The notes: generated by a model from the letters alone, not told the origin. DNA of 32,000 bases from a cyanobacterium endosymbiont of Epithemia turgida isolate EtSB Lake Yunoko (GCF_000829235.1 NZ_AP012549.1:2190001-2222000), one strand, 5' to 3'; positions 7,920-18,797 are shown, counted from the stretch's first letter. Numbers and translations are program-made.

Positions 7920-9245
7920 GACTTTATTCTAAATGATTACAGTTTGCTCATAGGTTTGTAGAATCTAACTATGATTGCTTGTTACACCGGAGAGAAACTT
8001 GCTCATCATCAAGCGAGTTTTGAACTGTTCATATGTCATCTCCCAGAATCTTTTGGATATTTAATTGCCATGGGAATTACTCAAAATTTAAATCTTTTAG
8101 AAAATCTACACTTTAGTGAAAAATCCTAAAAAATAGGATTAAAACCTGATTTTTAATCCTATTTTTTAGGATTTTTCATTAGTTCTAGCTTCAGGAGGCT
8201 TTACGGGGAAAGTTTGGGCAGTACATGAAGGAACAACGGTATTTTCCCATGAACCTCTATTGCCGACAGAAGTCTCTTTCTTGCAAGCCCAACTTATAGA
8301 AACCTACTTTTTAAACACCCTCAACTATTAAAATTAGATTGCTACTAAAGTCGGTAGAATAGGCGATGTAGCAAGTAAAAACGCTTTTTTATTAGAAAAA
8401 CCTGAGGTGTGTTCAGTTCAGTCCTTAAGGTTCGATATGAGCGGCTAGAGTAGCTTTAGCGGGAGGGTTGGGGGTCACCTTTAAATAGGTTAGCAGCTCT
8501 AAAATTAGGGTGCCAACCTAGTGTAATCATAGCTTATTCTTTAATCATGGCTATCAAAGCTGTATCAGGGAGTGAAGATGAAGCTTTATATACCTTTAGG
8601 CGTTATTTTTCAGGAGCTACTTTGCTACTTAATACCTAAGATGCAGTAGCTGCAGCAGAAAGCTTAGTGGACAAAGTTAATAAAAGAATCCTCAATGTCA
8701 CAGAAGTTCGCATAGATTCGGGAGATTTAGTTACCTTATCCCAAAAAGTGCGATTTCTATTACCCAACATTAAGATCTTTGCCAGTGGCGATCTTGATGA
8801 ATTGGGAATTGCTCGTCTCAAAGAAGCAGGTGCCTCTATTGATAGTTGTAGATTCGGAACCAACCTTGTAACCGGCAAACCTCTCAAGGGAGTCTATAAA
8901 TTAATGGAAATTGATGGAGCTATTACTATGGCAAAATCTAGCAGTAAGGCCACCTATCCAGGGCAAAAACAGATTTTTGGGACCTACATACAATGAGGGT
9001 ATAGTCAAAGGTGATTGCTTAGGGTTAACCACTGTCTCAATTGAGAGAGCGGAAACCAACTTTTACAGTTGGTCATAACAGAAGGAAAATCCTTGTTTCA
9101 ACCTGAATCTTTAGAGACTATTCGTCAACGAACTCAAAGGTCGGTTGAGAGTCTCCTCTCTGCAACTCATCATCTTAGGCAACCCACTTAAATTGAGGTT
9201 AAAATCTCCAATGAACTCGAATCGTTGCGTCAATCTTTAGGTTAA
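7920..9245 (+). pseudogene. pncB: Nicotinate phosphoribosyltransferase pseudogene (multiple stops and frameshifts)
   Basis: Collinear NAPRTase fragments appear in shifting frames:
- NLTMIACYTGEKLAHHQASFELFICHLPESFGYLIAMGITQNLNLLE (from 7962).
- GFTGKVWAVHEGTTVFSHEPLLPTEVSFLQAQLIETYFLNTLNY* (8196-).
- MAIKAVSGSEDEALYTFRRYFSGATLLLNT* (8548-).
- ORF 8667-8996 (..VRIDSGDLVTLSQKVRFLLPNIKIFASGDLDE..FGTNLVTG..VYKLMEI..TYPGQKQIF).
- The C-terminal ..ITEGKSLFQPESLETIRQRTQRSVESL..RQPT*IEVKISNELESLRQSLG*, ending at 9245. Confidence 0.88.
8116..8177. repeat. Perfect palindrome inside the pncB pseudogene (28-bp arms, 6-nt loop)
   Basis: 8116-8143 (tgaaaaatcctaaaaaataggattaaaa) is the exact reverse complement of 8150-8177 (ttttaatcctattttttaggatttttca). 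The loop is cctgat. Confidence 0.97.
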
Positions 9246-9281
9246 TGGATAGTGAATAGTTGAGTGTTAATTATTAATCAT

Positions 9282-9848
9282 ATGACAAAAATTGCTCTGT
9301 TTGGAACTAGTGCTGATCCTCCTACCGCCGGACATCAATCAATTCTCCGTTGGTTATCTACTCACTATGATTGGGTTGGGGTTTGGACTTCGGATAATCC
9401 TTTTAAAACTCATAAAACTTCTTGGTACCATCGTATGGCAATGTTAACATTATTAATTGATGATATTAATCTCCCAAGAAACAATATTTATCTTAGTGAG
9501 AAACTAAGTCATCGATGTAGTTTGATAAGTTTAGCTAAAGCTAAAGAAATTTGGGGAAACAATCCTGATTATAGTTTGGTAATCGGGTCTGATTTAGTTG
9601 GTCAAATTCGTCGTTGGTATCATATTGAAGATATACTAGAGCAAGTCAATCTTTTGATTGTTCCTCGCTCTGGATACGACCTGACTCAAAAGGATATAAT
9701 AGCTTTGAAGAAATTAGGAGGAAACTATCAGATTGCTGATCTTGCTGTCCCTGCTGTTTCTTCGACTGCTTATAGAGAAAACCAGAATCCAAGTGTATTG
9801 ATTAAACCTATTCAAGAATATATTTATCGAGAGCAATTATACCGATAA
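9282..9848 (+). CDS. nadD: Nicotinate-nucleotide adenylyltransferase
   Basis: The ORF is open from the GTG at 9264. The ATG at 9282 gives MTKIALFGTSADPPTAGHQSIL.., the nucleotidyltransferase (H/T)xGH motif at the usual N-terminal position. SSTAYRE lies near the C-terminus. The gene sits in a pncB-nadD-nrtR-nadE cluster. Confidence 0.88.
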   Translation: MTKIALFGTSADPPTAGHQSILRWLSTHYDWVGVWTSDNPFKTHKTSWYHRMAMLTLLIDDINLPRNNIYLSEKLSHRCSLISLAKAKEIWGNNPDYSLVIGSDLVGQIRRWYHIEDILEQVNLLIVPRSGYDLTQKDIIALKKLGGNYQIADLAVPAVSSTAYRENQNPSVLIKPIQEYIYREQLYR

Positions 9849-9869
9849 ATTTAGAAAAAAATAAATTTG

Positions 9870-10546
9870 TTTTAGCCGGGTTTAAACCTAGTGTAAATAA
9901 TATAATTTTTTTCCTTAATTTTTACCAGAATCAACTCTTCTCTTTATTTGTTAAATGGAAACTCACTCTGTAATAAGCAATAGAATTTATATAAAATTTT
10001 ATAAATTTTTTAAAAAAGTATTATGTAAAAAAATTAGAGTCAATAATCTATATTTAGAGCAATTATGTACTTTTAAGAGTCAAAATTTAGATCCAAAGGT
10101 ATCTCTTAATAGTTTTAATGTCCACTATATTTCTGTTAGCTATTTTGTTTTAGTTCGTTTTGAATAGGCATAACTCTTAAATCTTAATAATTATGGATAG
10201 AATTACTTGGTGCATCATTCAAAAGATTACTCAATTAGTTTTTGATTATGATCAAATTTTAGATTATCGTTATCAACGATTGTGCAATAAAATTAAATAT
10301 AGTCCTATTGCTTTTGAGGTTCTGCTGTACTTATTTACTTTAAATGATATTTATCAAGTTTATTCAGCTATTTTATAAAAAAACTTTACTGATTATTCTA
10401 ATTTTAAATTTCGATTATTAAAATTAGATTTTCTGATAAATACTAAGAGAAAAGTCTCTATAGTTACAGGAAGACCCGCTAGTTTATATCGTTTTGACTT
10501 TGAAGTATTTAATCCCTTTAAAGACAACCATTTTATATTTGTTTAA
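9870..10546 (+). pseudogene. nrtR: Nudix-related NAD regulator (NrtR-type) pseudogene
   Basis: Nudix-domain remnants read ..SVNNIIFFLNFYQNQLFSLFVKW.. and ..NNLYLEQLCTFKSQNLDPK..ISVSYFVLV (compare YLEQLYTFG..RDPRG..ISVAY.ALV). The C-terminal winged-helix part reads FDYDQILDYRYQRLCNKIKYSPIAFEVLLYLFTLNDIYQVYSAIL*KNFTDYSNFKFRLLKLDFLINTKRKVSIVTGRPASLYRFDFEVF. It has an in-frame TAA at 10376-10378, and the same frame continues to 10546. The track ORFs 9955-10167 and 10193-10378 are pieces of this gene. Confidence 0.72.
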
Positions 10547-10563
10547 ATCTAATAAGATTACTT

Positions 10564-12252
10564 ATGAAAATTGCTATTGCTCAACTGAATCCAACCATTG
10601 GAGATTTAGCAAATAACGCTAAAAAAATTGTAGAAGCAGCTCAATTTGCTGCTCATCAAAATGCTAGGCTTTTACTAACTCCTGAATTATCTTTATGTGG
10701 ATATCCTCCCCGCGACTTACTACTTGATCCTAGTTTTATTAAATCCCTTTCTATTGAATTGCAAAGTTTAGCTCAGAAATCTCCCTCTCAATTAGCTATT
10801 TTAGTAGGAACAGTTACTCCTAATCATGATGCTCATATTAAAGGAGAAAAGCCTCTTTTTAATAGTATTGCGTGGTTAGAAAATAGTCAGATAAAAAAGG
10901 TATTTCATAAAAGACTTTTACCAACGTATGATGTCTTTGATGAAGATCGCTATTTTGAACCAGGGCGACAAAATAATTATTTCGAATTATTACCTGATTC
11001 CCAATCATCTACTCCTTTAAAAATTGGGATTACAATCTGTGAAGATTTATGGAATGATGAAAAGTTTTGGGGGGGTAAATATTATGAGTATAATCCCCTA
11101 GAAGATTTGCTTAAATTTGGGGTTGATTTTATTTTAAATTTATCTGCTTCTCCCTATAATGTCGGCAAGCAGAAGATACGAGAAAAAATGGTAAAATATA
11201 GCAGTAAACACTATCAAACTCCTATTATTTATGTCAATCAAATTGGTGGTAATGATGATTTAATTTTTGATGGAAATAGTTTTGCTGTAAACAAAAAAAG
11301 TGAAATTGTATTACGATTAAAGGCATTTGAGGAAAATATTGATTTTATCAATTTACAAATAAAAGATAAAGATCTTTCTTTGTCAAAAATAAATGATGAA
11401 ATAAAAATAGAGGAAGAAGAAATTTGGCTAGCCCTAGTTTTAGGGGTTAAAGACTATGTGAAAAAATGTGGGTTTTCTAAGGTCGTTTTAGGATTAAGTG
11501 GAGGAATTGACTCTGCGTTAGTTGCTGCGATTGCTACAGAAGCGTTAGGAAAAGAAAATGTATTAGCATTACTTATGCCATCTCCTTATAGTTCTCACCA
11601 TTCTATTATTGATGCTGAAGCTTTAGTTAAAAATTTAGGTATTAACAGTTATAAGTTACCTATTGGGGATATTATGGAGTCTTATAAGATTCTATTAGAC
11701 CCCTTATTTGAAGGAACAAAACTTGGAATTGCTGAGGAAAATATTCAATCTCGCATTCGGGGTAATTTATTGATGGCTATTGCTAATAAATTTGGACATC
11801 TTCTGCTATCTACTGGGAATAAATCAGAAATGGCGGTAGGTTATTGCACTTTGTATGGTGATATGAATGGAGGGTTAGCTGTTATTTCAGATGTGCCTAA
11901 AACTCGTGTATTTTCCCTTTGCCGTTGGCTAAATTGTGACAGAGAAATAATACCCCATAATATTTTAATTAAATCCCCTAGTGCGGAATTAAAACCAAAT
12001 CAAACCGATCAAGACTCTTTACCCTCTTATGAAGTACTTGATGAGATTTTAGAGGGATTAATTCATCGTCATCAATCAGTTAGTCAAATTCATGAAGCAG
12101 GATTTGATTTAGCCACTATCGATAAAGTAATAAAATTAGTTGCCAGTGCTGAATTTAAACGAAAACAGGCTTCTCCAGGATTAAGAATAACTGATAGAGC
12201 ATTTGGAACAGGTTGGAAAATGCCTATTGCAAATCGTTGGAAAATTAATTAA
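10564..12252 (+). CDS. nadE: Glutamine-dependent NAD+ synthetase
   Basis: Complete 562-aa ORF. It has an N-terminal CN-hydrolase/nitrilase domain (MKIAIAQLNP.., TPELSLCGYPPRDL, ICEDLW) and a C-terminal NAD synthetase domain with the PP-loop GLSGGIDS, followed by STGNKSE and EFKRKQA. Confidence 0.95.
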   Translation: MKIAIAQLNPTIGDLANNAKKIVEAAQFAAHQNARLLLTPELSLCGYPPRDLLLDPSFIKSLSIELQSLAQKSPSQLAILVGTVTPNHDAHIKGEKPLFNSIAWLENSQIKKVFHKRLLPTYDVFDEDRYFEPGRQNNYFELLPDSQSSTPLKIGITICEDLWNDEKFWGGKYYEYNPLEDLLKFGVDFILNLSASPYNVGKQKIREKMVKYSSKHYQTPIIYVNQIGGNDDLIFDGNSFAVNKKSEIVLRLKAFEENIDFINLQIKDKDLSLSKINDEIKIEEEEIWLALVLGVKDYVKKCGFSKVVLGLSGGIDSALVAAIATEALGKENVLALLMPSPYSSHHSIIDAEALVKNLGINSYKLPIGDIMESYKILLDPLFEGTKLGIAEENIQSRIRGNLLMAIANKFGHLLLSTGNKSEMAVGYCTLYGDMNGGLAVISDVPKTRVFSLCRWLNCDREIIPHNILIKSPSAELKPNQTDQDSLPSYEVLDEILEGLIHRHQSVSQIHEAGFDLATIDKVIKLVASAEFKRKQASPGLRITDRAFGTGWKMPIANRWKIN

Positions 12253-12289
12253 TACTAGCTAAAAGGACAATACTTTTATAGTATTTAAA

Positions 12290-14711
12290 ATAAATTGAGG
12301 TAAAATTGAATCATGATCCATGGTTATTGAGATATCTGAAAAGAATTAGACCATGTAGATCCGCGTTCTTCCTAGTTATGAATTTAAGGAATAGTTGGTA
12401 AATTATCCCCGTAGATAGAAGAATGTACGGTCACATTTGCGATTGTTATGCTATCGTCGAATAATTAGGTGACTAATTTCATATAAGGAATTTCCCCGCA
12501 TCCTGCACAAGCATCCGAAAACTCAAACAAGAGTTCTTACATCTGTTGATGACTAATTTTATTTAGTTGTAAAGTATGTGATTTAAGATTAACAAGAGCG
12601 AAAAAATAGTCCAAATTTTTTCGCTTTTACTCCTGTATTGGTAATTGAGAAGTCATATTTATTGCTTCCAACTTTGCTTGAAATTTATTTTTTGTAGTAC
12701 AAACATTTACATAAAACCCACACCTACTACAGTCTTCCGCAACGACTTGGCTCGTGAATTTCAATTAAGTTTTTTAAAGTCTAAACACTTTGCATAAGTA
12801 GTTTTGAAGACTTGGAGTACATTGGTAAATGTTTGTTTCTTATACACTTTATACTGAATGACCGCATAAGGATACACTAAAACACATTTATTACCTTAAA
12901 CACAGACATTGAGGTCTCGTACAGATATTTAATGGATAACCTTCTGGTTTTTCTATTTTATTTTACCATATTTTTTAAATACATCACGGGTAAATACTAA
13001 TGTGGCATTGAAAATCAGACATTCAAAGTTAGTTGCGTCGTCATCTATCGTTATCGAAACCGCTACTTGATGAAAATAATCTAATGCCGAGTCAACCACT
13101 TTCATATTCATTTGTACGATTTATTTACTTTTTTTACTATAAGTCTTGTAGATGTGTTTTAAAATTGGCTCTCTAGCTTTTTCTCTAGTTAATCCTTTTA
13201 GTTATTTATTGATAATTTATTTTTGGATAGACTAAAAAAATAATATTATATTAGATTTAATCTATAGTGATTATTTAGTATAAATATTAAGCTTTCAACT
13301 ACTCATTCTAAAATATAAATTTATTTATAAGAAAAATCATTAGTTATAAATAATAAAGTTAGCGTTGTTACCTGGTTTAATTAAACTAGAAAAGAAATTT
13401 TTGGAGTAAAAATATCAGGGGTTTGTTCGATGATTTTACCCAGGTTTTCGTTTATATTAACAATCATATCTAAGTATCAACTATAGCAGATAGCTATATT
13501 ATAATCAGTTCTTATAAAAAAGGTTAGACTAGCATGAATAAAACTATCTTTAGTTATAGGATTAAAGTGGTTTTTGCAATCACTTAATACCATATTATTA
13601 CAAATTTTTTTAACCATTAAAGAGATGATTTTTGTGAAATAAATTATATGCCGTTCTCCAATAACTATTTTAATACTTTAAATTAATATCTAAATCTAAA
13701 TAGAGTTTTTAACGCTTTAAAGATAACATATAAATATAAAAGTTATCCAAATAATTTATTTTAAAATTGAGTTTATTCTTGCTATTTTTAATAAAAATTT
13801 AACGAGCTTTATTGTTAAAAATAGACAATACTATTTAATTCTAACAATCCCAATTTTTCCATTAGTTTAATAAAAAATTCAATGCTTTATAAGTGTTTTT
13901 ACAAAACTCATCAAAATAATAACTTTTTCTGCTTTAGAATTACCATAATAGTCAAACAAATGATATTGTTAGCCCGTCAGTTAAGCAAACTTATACATTA
14001 CTTTTTCTAAGATTTTGTGATAAACTTTAGAAAACTCTGGGGGTTCCCTCGTTTGTAAGTAAACATCAGAGTTTTGTAGTAGTTCTTCAACTCATCGGGT
14101 AATCAGGAGTTAACACTCATTCACGATGGGCAATCATCCATTGATCTTTAATCAATGATCGCAAGACACTATCCTCTAATAACTCCACTTTTTGCACTTA
14201 ATAGGCAGTTCGAAACCCATCAAAAAATATATAAAACCCCACAAAAACTGGTGGCTGTAGCTATTACAGCTAAATCTTGCACTTCTTGCACAGATGCAGA
14301 ACTTAACAATACCAACCTAGTCCTACGGACAGCCATCACATTACTATGATCTGATCACCAAAAATAGATAACGTCTGGGCAACTAGAGAGTCTGCTGCGA
14401 CACGGAGTACCAATTGACATGATTTTTCTTATTAAATTGTAGCTATCAGAAATTATCAATAATAAATTCTAAAATAATGTCAATGGAGTGTTAATACTCT
14501 TGTTTACAATGCTTTATTAATAATCTCTGCTATTCCTCTCTCACTTTATATTTAGACGACGGAAGGTACAGTTATCCGGAGGTTTGATCCGCCCATTCTT
14601 CTCTAGGTGAGGAAAAGTAATAGGATAGATAGCAATCACTTCATTGACGTGACGAGTCACTCTAACGACCGCTTTGTTTCCACTCAAAGTGACATAGACT
14701 TAAGTGTTCAT
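12290..14711 (-). pseudogene. nifJ: Pyruvate:ferredoxin/flavodoxin oxidoreductase pseudogene (heavily decayed, 3' part deleted)
   Basis: Collinear PFOR signatures appear on the minus strand through many stops and frameshifts:
- N-terminus, about 14711-14550: MNT*VYVTLSGNKAVVRVTRHVNEVIAIYPITFPHLEKNG.
- About 14385-14205: LSIFGDQIIVM..FFDGFRTAY*VQKVELL.
- About 12935-12850: ISVRDLNVCV*GNKCVLVYPYAVIQYKVY, a decayed CxxCxxCxxxCP ferredoxin motif.
- About 12540-12390: ELLFEFSDACAGCGEIPYMKLVT*LFDDSITIANVTVHSSIYGDNLPTIP.
- About 12375-12335: EERGSTWSNSFQ. Confidence 0.88.
12597..12625. repeat. Perfect inverted repeat (11-bp arms, 7-nt loop) inside the nifJ pseudogene
   Basis: agcgaaaaaat-agtccaa-attttttcgct. 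Confidence 0.9.
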
Positions 14712-15410
14712 AGTGTTCTGGTGCTTGTTTTTTGAGTCCGACAATAAGTTGATTAGAGGGAAAAATTCCTGTAACGAATACGTAACACTTTGTGGTTGAT
14801 AAGTAAAAATAACTACTCTTTTAAAGGTAAGTCAAAGAACTTTAAGGATAGTTAATTATTGAATTAAATTAATGTAAAGTCTACAGTAAGCCTTCTAGGA
14901 CTAAAGTCTCTTATATTTTCATAGTCGTGACTTCAGTAATTATGCCTCTACTCTTAGAATCCAACATAATCAAAGAGTTTAAACAATTTATTATCTTTTT
15001 TTAAGACGTTTAATTTAATAAATATTTTGACGTAAATAAAAAATTATAAATAAAAAGTATCATTTTTCAATGACTTTCAGCAAAGAATACATGTAATTGT
15101 GAGCAAAAAAATTGGACTAATTAGTCTACTAACTATCCGTACCAACCTTGAATATTATTTTAACAAATAAATTGAAATTAAAGTTATCTAAATTTTGTCT
15201 ATCATCAGAGTAATCGCAAAAACGGTTAGTATATTTTTCTGTTTTTTATTGTCTTAAAACAATAGTTCAGAATGTATTAAGTAACCTGGCGGTTGCTATA
15301 TTATTTAGCATAGGCTAGAAATTTGACAAATTGGATCCTCTTTTATTCTAAAACAACTACTTCTACAGAATTATTTAAGAACCCTGGGAAAAAATTGATT
15401 TAGATTTCAC

Positions 15411-18053
15411 TTAAACAATATCTTCTTCTGATTGTTTTTTACAAAATTCTAAGTTATTATTATGACAATCAACAATAACTTGATCACCACAAACAAATCT
15501 ATTTTCTAATATTCTTGTCGCCATAGGATTCTCTAATTCTCGTTGAATAGCCCGTTTTAAAGGACGCGCTCCATAGACTGGATCATAACTAGAACTAACA
15601 ATATAGTCTAGGGCTGAGTCTGTTAATTCTATCCTAATTTTTTGTTCTTTAAGTAATTTTTCAATTCGTTTTATTTGCAGACACACAATCTGCCGTAACT
15701 CTGTTTTATTAAGAGTATGAAAAATAATCAGATCATCGATACGGTTCAAAAATTCGGGACGGAAATGTTTATGCAATGATTCCAAAACCTTTTTGCGCAT
15801 TTCCTCATAATCTGTTTCACCTTGTGTAAGGTTAAGGATATGGCTACTTCCTATGTTACTAGTCATTACAATAATAGCGTTACGGAAATCTATCACTCGT
15901 CCTTGGGAATCAGTAATACGTCCATCATCAAAGACTTGCAAAAGAATATTAAAGACATCTACATGGGCTTTTTCCACTTCATCCAACAACACTACACAAT
16001 AGGGACGGCGACGGACTGCTTCAGACAATTGTCCCCCTTTCTCATACCCCACATATCCAGGGGGCGCACCAACTAATCGAGAGACTGCCTGTTTTTCCAT
16101 ATACTCAGACATATCAATGCGAACCATTGCTTCTTCTGAGTCGAAGAGAAAAGCGGCTAATGCCCTAGCTAATTCAGTTTTTCCTACCCCTGTAGGACCC
16201 ATAAACAAGAATGAACCAATAGGACGAGAAGGATCTTTCATTCCAGCTCTAGCACGACGAATAGCAGCAGCAACAGCAGCTATAGCCTCTTGTTGTCCAA
16301 TAACCTTTTCGTGTAGATGTACTTCAAGTTTAAGAAGTTTTTGACGTTCGGTCGCTAACAAATTATTGGTAGGAATACCTGTCCATCCAGCTACAATTTC
16401 AGCAATATCAGACTCGGAGACTTGTTCTCGGAGTAAGGTTTTGCCCTGCGCTTGAATATCAAGAAGTCGGGTTTCTTTAGCTTCCCGTTGCTGTTGAACC
16501 ACTTCTAGTTTACCGTATTTTAATTGAGCGGCTTTGTTCAGTTCGTAAGCCCTTTCTGCTTGTTCGACTTGTAGACGTAGCTGTTCTTCTTCTTCTTTAA
16601 GAGTATTAATATCATTAAGTATCTGCTTTTCTAACTGCCATTGGGACGCAAGTTGTTCGTGAGTAGATTCTAAATTTTTTATTTCTTTTTGAATGCCTTC
16701 TAAACGTTCTTTGGAAGCGCAATCAATGATTAACATTCCTCGTTGTTCTTCTCCCTCTAAGGAAAGTTTTTCCATTTGTAACTGCATTAAACGACGATCA
16801 ACATCTTCTAGTTCAACAGGTTTAGAGGTGATTTCCATTTTTAACTTAGCTGCTGCTTCATCTACAAGGTCAATGGCTTTGTCGGGTAAAAAGCGATCAG
16901 TAATGTAACGATGGGAAAGAGTTGCTGCAGCTACTAATGCTGAGTCAGTAATTTTGACCCCATGATGGACTTCATAGCGTTCTTTGAGTCCTCGTAGAAT
17001 GGAAATGGTATCTTCCACACTCGGTTGTTTAACATACACTTGCTGAAAACGCCGTTCTAGAGCAGGATCTTGTTCAATATGCTTCCGGTACTCATCAAGA
17101 GTTGTTGCACCGATACAGCGCAATTCTCCGCGGGCTAACATGGGTTTTAAGAGGTTACCTGCATCCATGCCTCCTCCTTCGCGAGAACCGGCTCCAACAA
17201 CGGTATGAAGTTCATCGATAAAGAGTATGATTTCTCCCCCGGATTGGGTGACTTCTCGCATTACGGTTCGTAGACGTTCTTCAAATTCCCCTCGATATTT
17301 CGCCCCCGCGATAAGACTTCCCATATCTAGAGAGATTAATTGACGACTTTTGAGAGACTCAGGAACGTCCCCGTTAATAATACGTTGGGCTAACCCTTCG
17401 GCAATTGCAGTTTTTCCGACTCCTGGTTCTCCAATTAAGACGGGGTTATTTTTTGATCTACGGGAAAGAACCTGAATCACACGACGAATTTCTTCATCTC
17501 GGCCAATTACAGGGTCAAGTTTTCCTTTTGCCGCTTGTTCAGTAAGATCTCGCCCATATTTTACGAGAGCTTCATAATTATCTTCTTGGTTAGGTTCGGT
17601 AACTTTTTGTGACCCTCGAAGTGCCCTTATCTCTTTCTCTAAGTCTTGGGGGTCAAATTGAAAACTCTTCAAGCAACGTCGTCCAATGCGTTCATCTTCA
17701 GCAAATCCCATCAACAGATGTTCAACGGAAATATATTTATCTTGCCAACTTTCACGAGAAGCTTCCGCACGATCTAACATTAAATCTAAGCCCTGTCCTA
17801 AGTAAAGTTGATCGACAGTAATTACTTTAGATTGACGGTTGCCAAAAACTTCTAACTGTTGTTGTAATCGGAAAACATCTAAGTTAGATCTTTCTAAAAT
17901 ACGAATAGCTAAGCCTTTTTCCTGTTCTAACAAGGCTAAAACAACGTGTTCCACTTCTAAGGTTTGATTTCTAAAACGCCGGGCTACGTCTTGTGATCTG
18001 ACAATCGCGTCCCAGGCTTGTTCTGTAAACTTACTTGAATCAGTTGGCTGCAT
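15411..18053 (-). CDS. clpB: ATP-dependent chaperone/disaggregase ClpB
   Basis: The ORF is open to 18104. The ATG at 18053 gives [18 protein letters not shown].., the usual cyanobacterial ClpB N-terminus. There are two AAA+ modules with Walker A motifs GEPGVGKT and GPTGVGKT. A long coiled-coil middle domain and the ClpB signatures [11 protein letters not shown] and [10 protein letters not shown] are present. Confidence 0.95.
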   Translation of the reverse strand: MQPTDSSKFTEQAWDAIVRSQDVARRFRNQTLEVEHVVLALLEQEKGLAIRILERSNLDVFRLQQQLEVFGNRQSKVITVDQLYLGQGLDLMLDRAEASRESWQDKYISVEHLLMGFAEDERIGRRCLKSFQFDPQDLEKEIRALRGSQKVTEPNQEDNYEALVKYGRDLTEQAAKGKLDPVIGRDEEIRRVIQVLSRRSKNNPVLIGEPGVGKTAIAEGLAQRIINGDVPESLKSRQLISLDMGSLIAGAKYRGEFEERLRTVMREVTQSGGEIILFIDELHTVVGAGSREGGGMDAGNLLKPMLARGELRCIGATTLDEYRKHIEQDPALERRFQQVYVKQPSVEDTISILRGLKERYEVHHGVKITDSALVAAATLSHRYITDRFLPDKAIDLVDEAAAKLKMEITSKPVELEDVDRRLMQLQMEKLSLEGEEQRGMLIIDCASKERLEGIQKEIKNLESTHEQLASQWQLEKQILNDINTLKEEEEQLRLQVEQAERAYELNKAAQLKYGKLEVVQQQREAKETRLLDIQAQGKTLLREQVSESDIAEIVAGWTGIPTNNLLATERQKLLKLEVHLHEKVIGQQEAIAAVAAAIRRARAGMKDPSRPIGSFLFMGPTGVGKTELARALAAFLFDSEEAMVRIDMSEYMEKQAVSRLVGAPPGYVGYEKGGQLSEAVRRRPYCVVLLDEVEKAHVDVFNILLQVFDDGRITDSQGRVIDFRNAIIVMTSNIGSSHILNLTQGETDYEEMRKKVLESLHKHFRPEFLNRIDDLIIFHTLNKTELRQIVCLQIKRIEKLLKEQKIRIELTDSALDYIVSSSYDPVYGARPLKRAIQRELENPMATRILENRFVCGDQVIVDCHNNNLEFCKKQSEEDIV

Positions 18054-18797
18054 TATTGGTTTAATTCCCTGCGGGTAAGGCAAAAGTTGATGACAATACG
18101 ACATTCAACTTAATCCTAATATTCTTATTTTAATCGGTAGTATGACGAGCGGTAGAAAGAAAGACAGTTCTAATTTCTGATCCTGTCAAGTTTCATTAAG
18201 GACATAGTCAAATTGGATTTCTATTAAACTTAACTAATAGGATATCAATTTTCATTGAACAAATTTTCAACTACTTGTAGGACAATCGATCCAGAAGATT
18301 ATAAAGTATTTTCACTTAATAACTTTCCTATCAGAAATTCATTTTCTTGCTTTAATGGCAAGCCATCTCACTTCTGAAGAGACTATTTTAATAGCATCAG
18401 GCAAACAATAAGGCAACCATCTCGATTTTTATAAAGTTTGTTATATTTTCAAACTATTTTTATGCAAAAAATACAAAATTTTTATTTTGGGCATTTATTG
18501 CACGTATAAAATTTGATTAAACGAGCAATTAAAATCAAAAAATTGCTCTGCAAAAATTGCTTTCTATACATCAACCGCTATAATTTTATTTATCTTATTG
18601 ATTGTCTTAGTTTATGTCATATCGATATATTTTTTAAACTTTATTATTAGTTTAACATAGCCCAAATATCTAGTTGGCAGCAAGATCTTAGCTCTGTTAA
18701 TACACCTAAACTGAAGCTTACTACCAACCCAGATTTTTATGCATATGATGCATATTTTGGCTGTGTCAGTTGACTTATTTCTGAATTTCTATTTCTT

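Noticed and set aside
5802-7920. Deserts as prophage, IS or genomic-island remnants
   Set aside because: No transposase, integrase or phage-like reading frames survive, and there are no terminal inverted or direct repeats flanking the regions. The tRNA genes are not adjacent to them in an att-like arrangement. Where remnants are legible they are ordinary chromosomal genes.
9955-10378. Two track ORFs (9955-10167, 10193-10378) considered as independent small genes
   Set aside because: Their translations are consecutive pieces of one Nudix/wHTH (NrtR-type) protein. They are better explained as fragments of a single pseudogene.
14155-14349. 64-aa plus-strand ORF
   Set aside because: The opposite strand here carries clear PFOR remnants (LSIFGD.., FFDGFRT..). 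The ORF is a chance frame antisense to the nifJ pseudogene.
15822-17821. Four plus-strand ORFs (15822-16076, 16117-16344, 16693-16908, 17609-17821)
   Set aside because: All are antisense shadows inside clpB. Their low-complexity or odd composition does not support independent genes.
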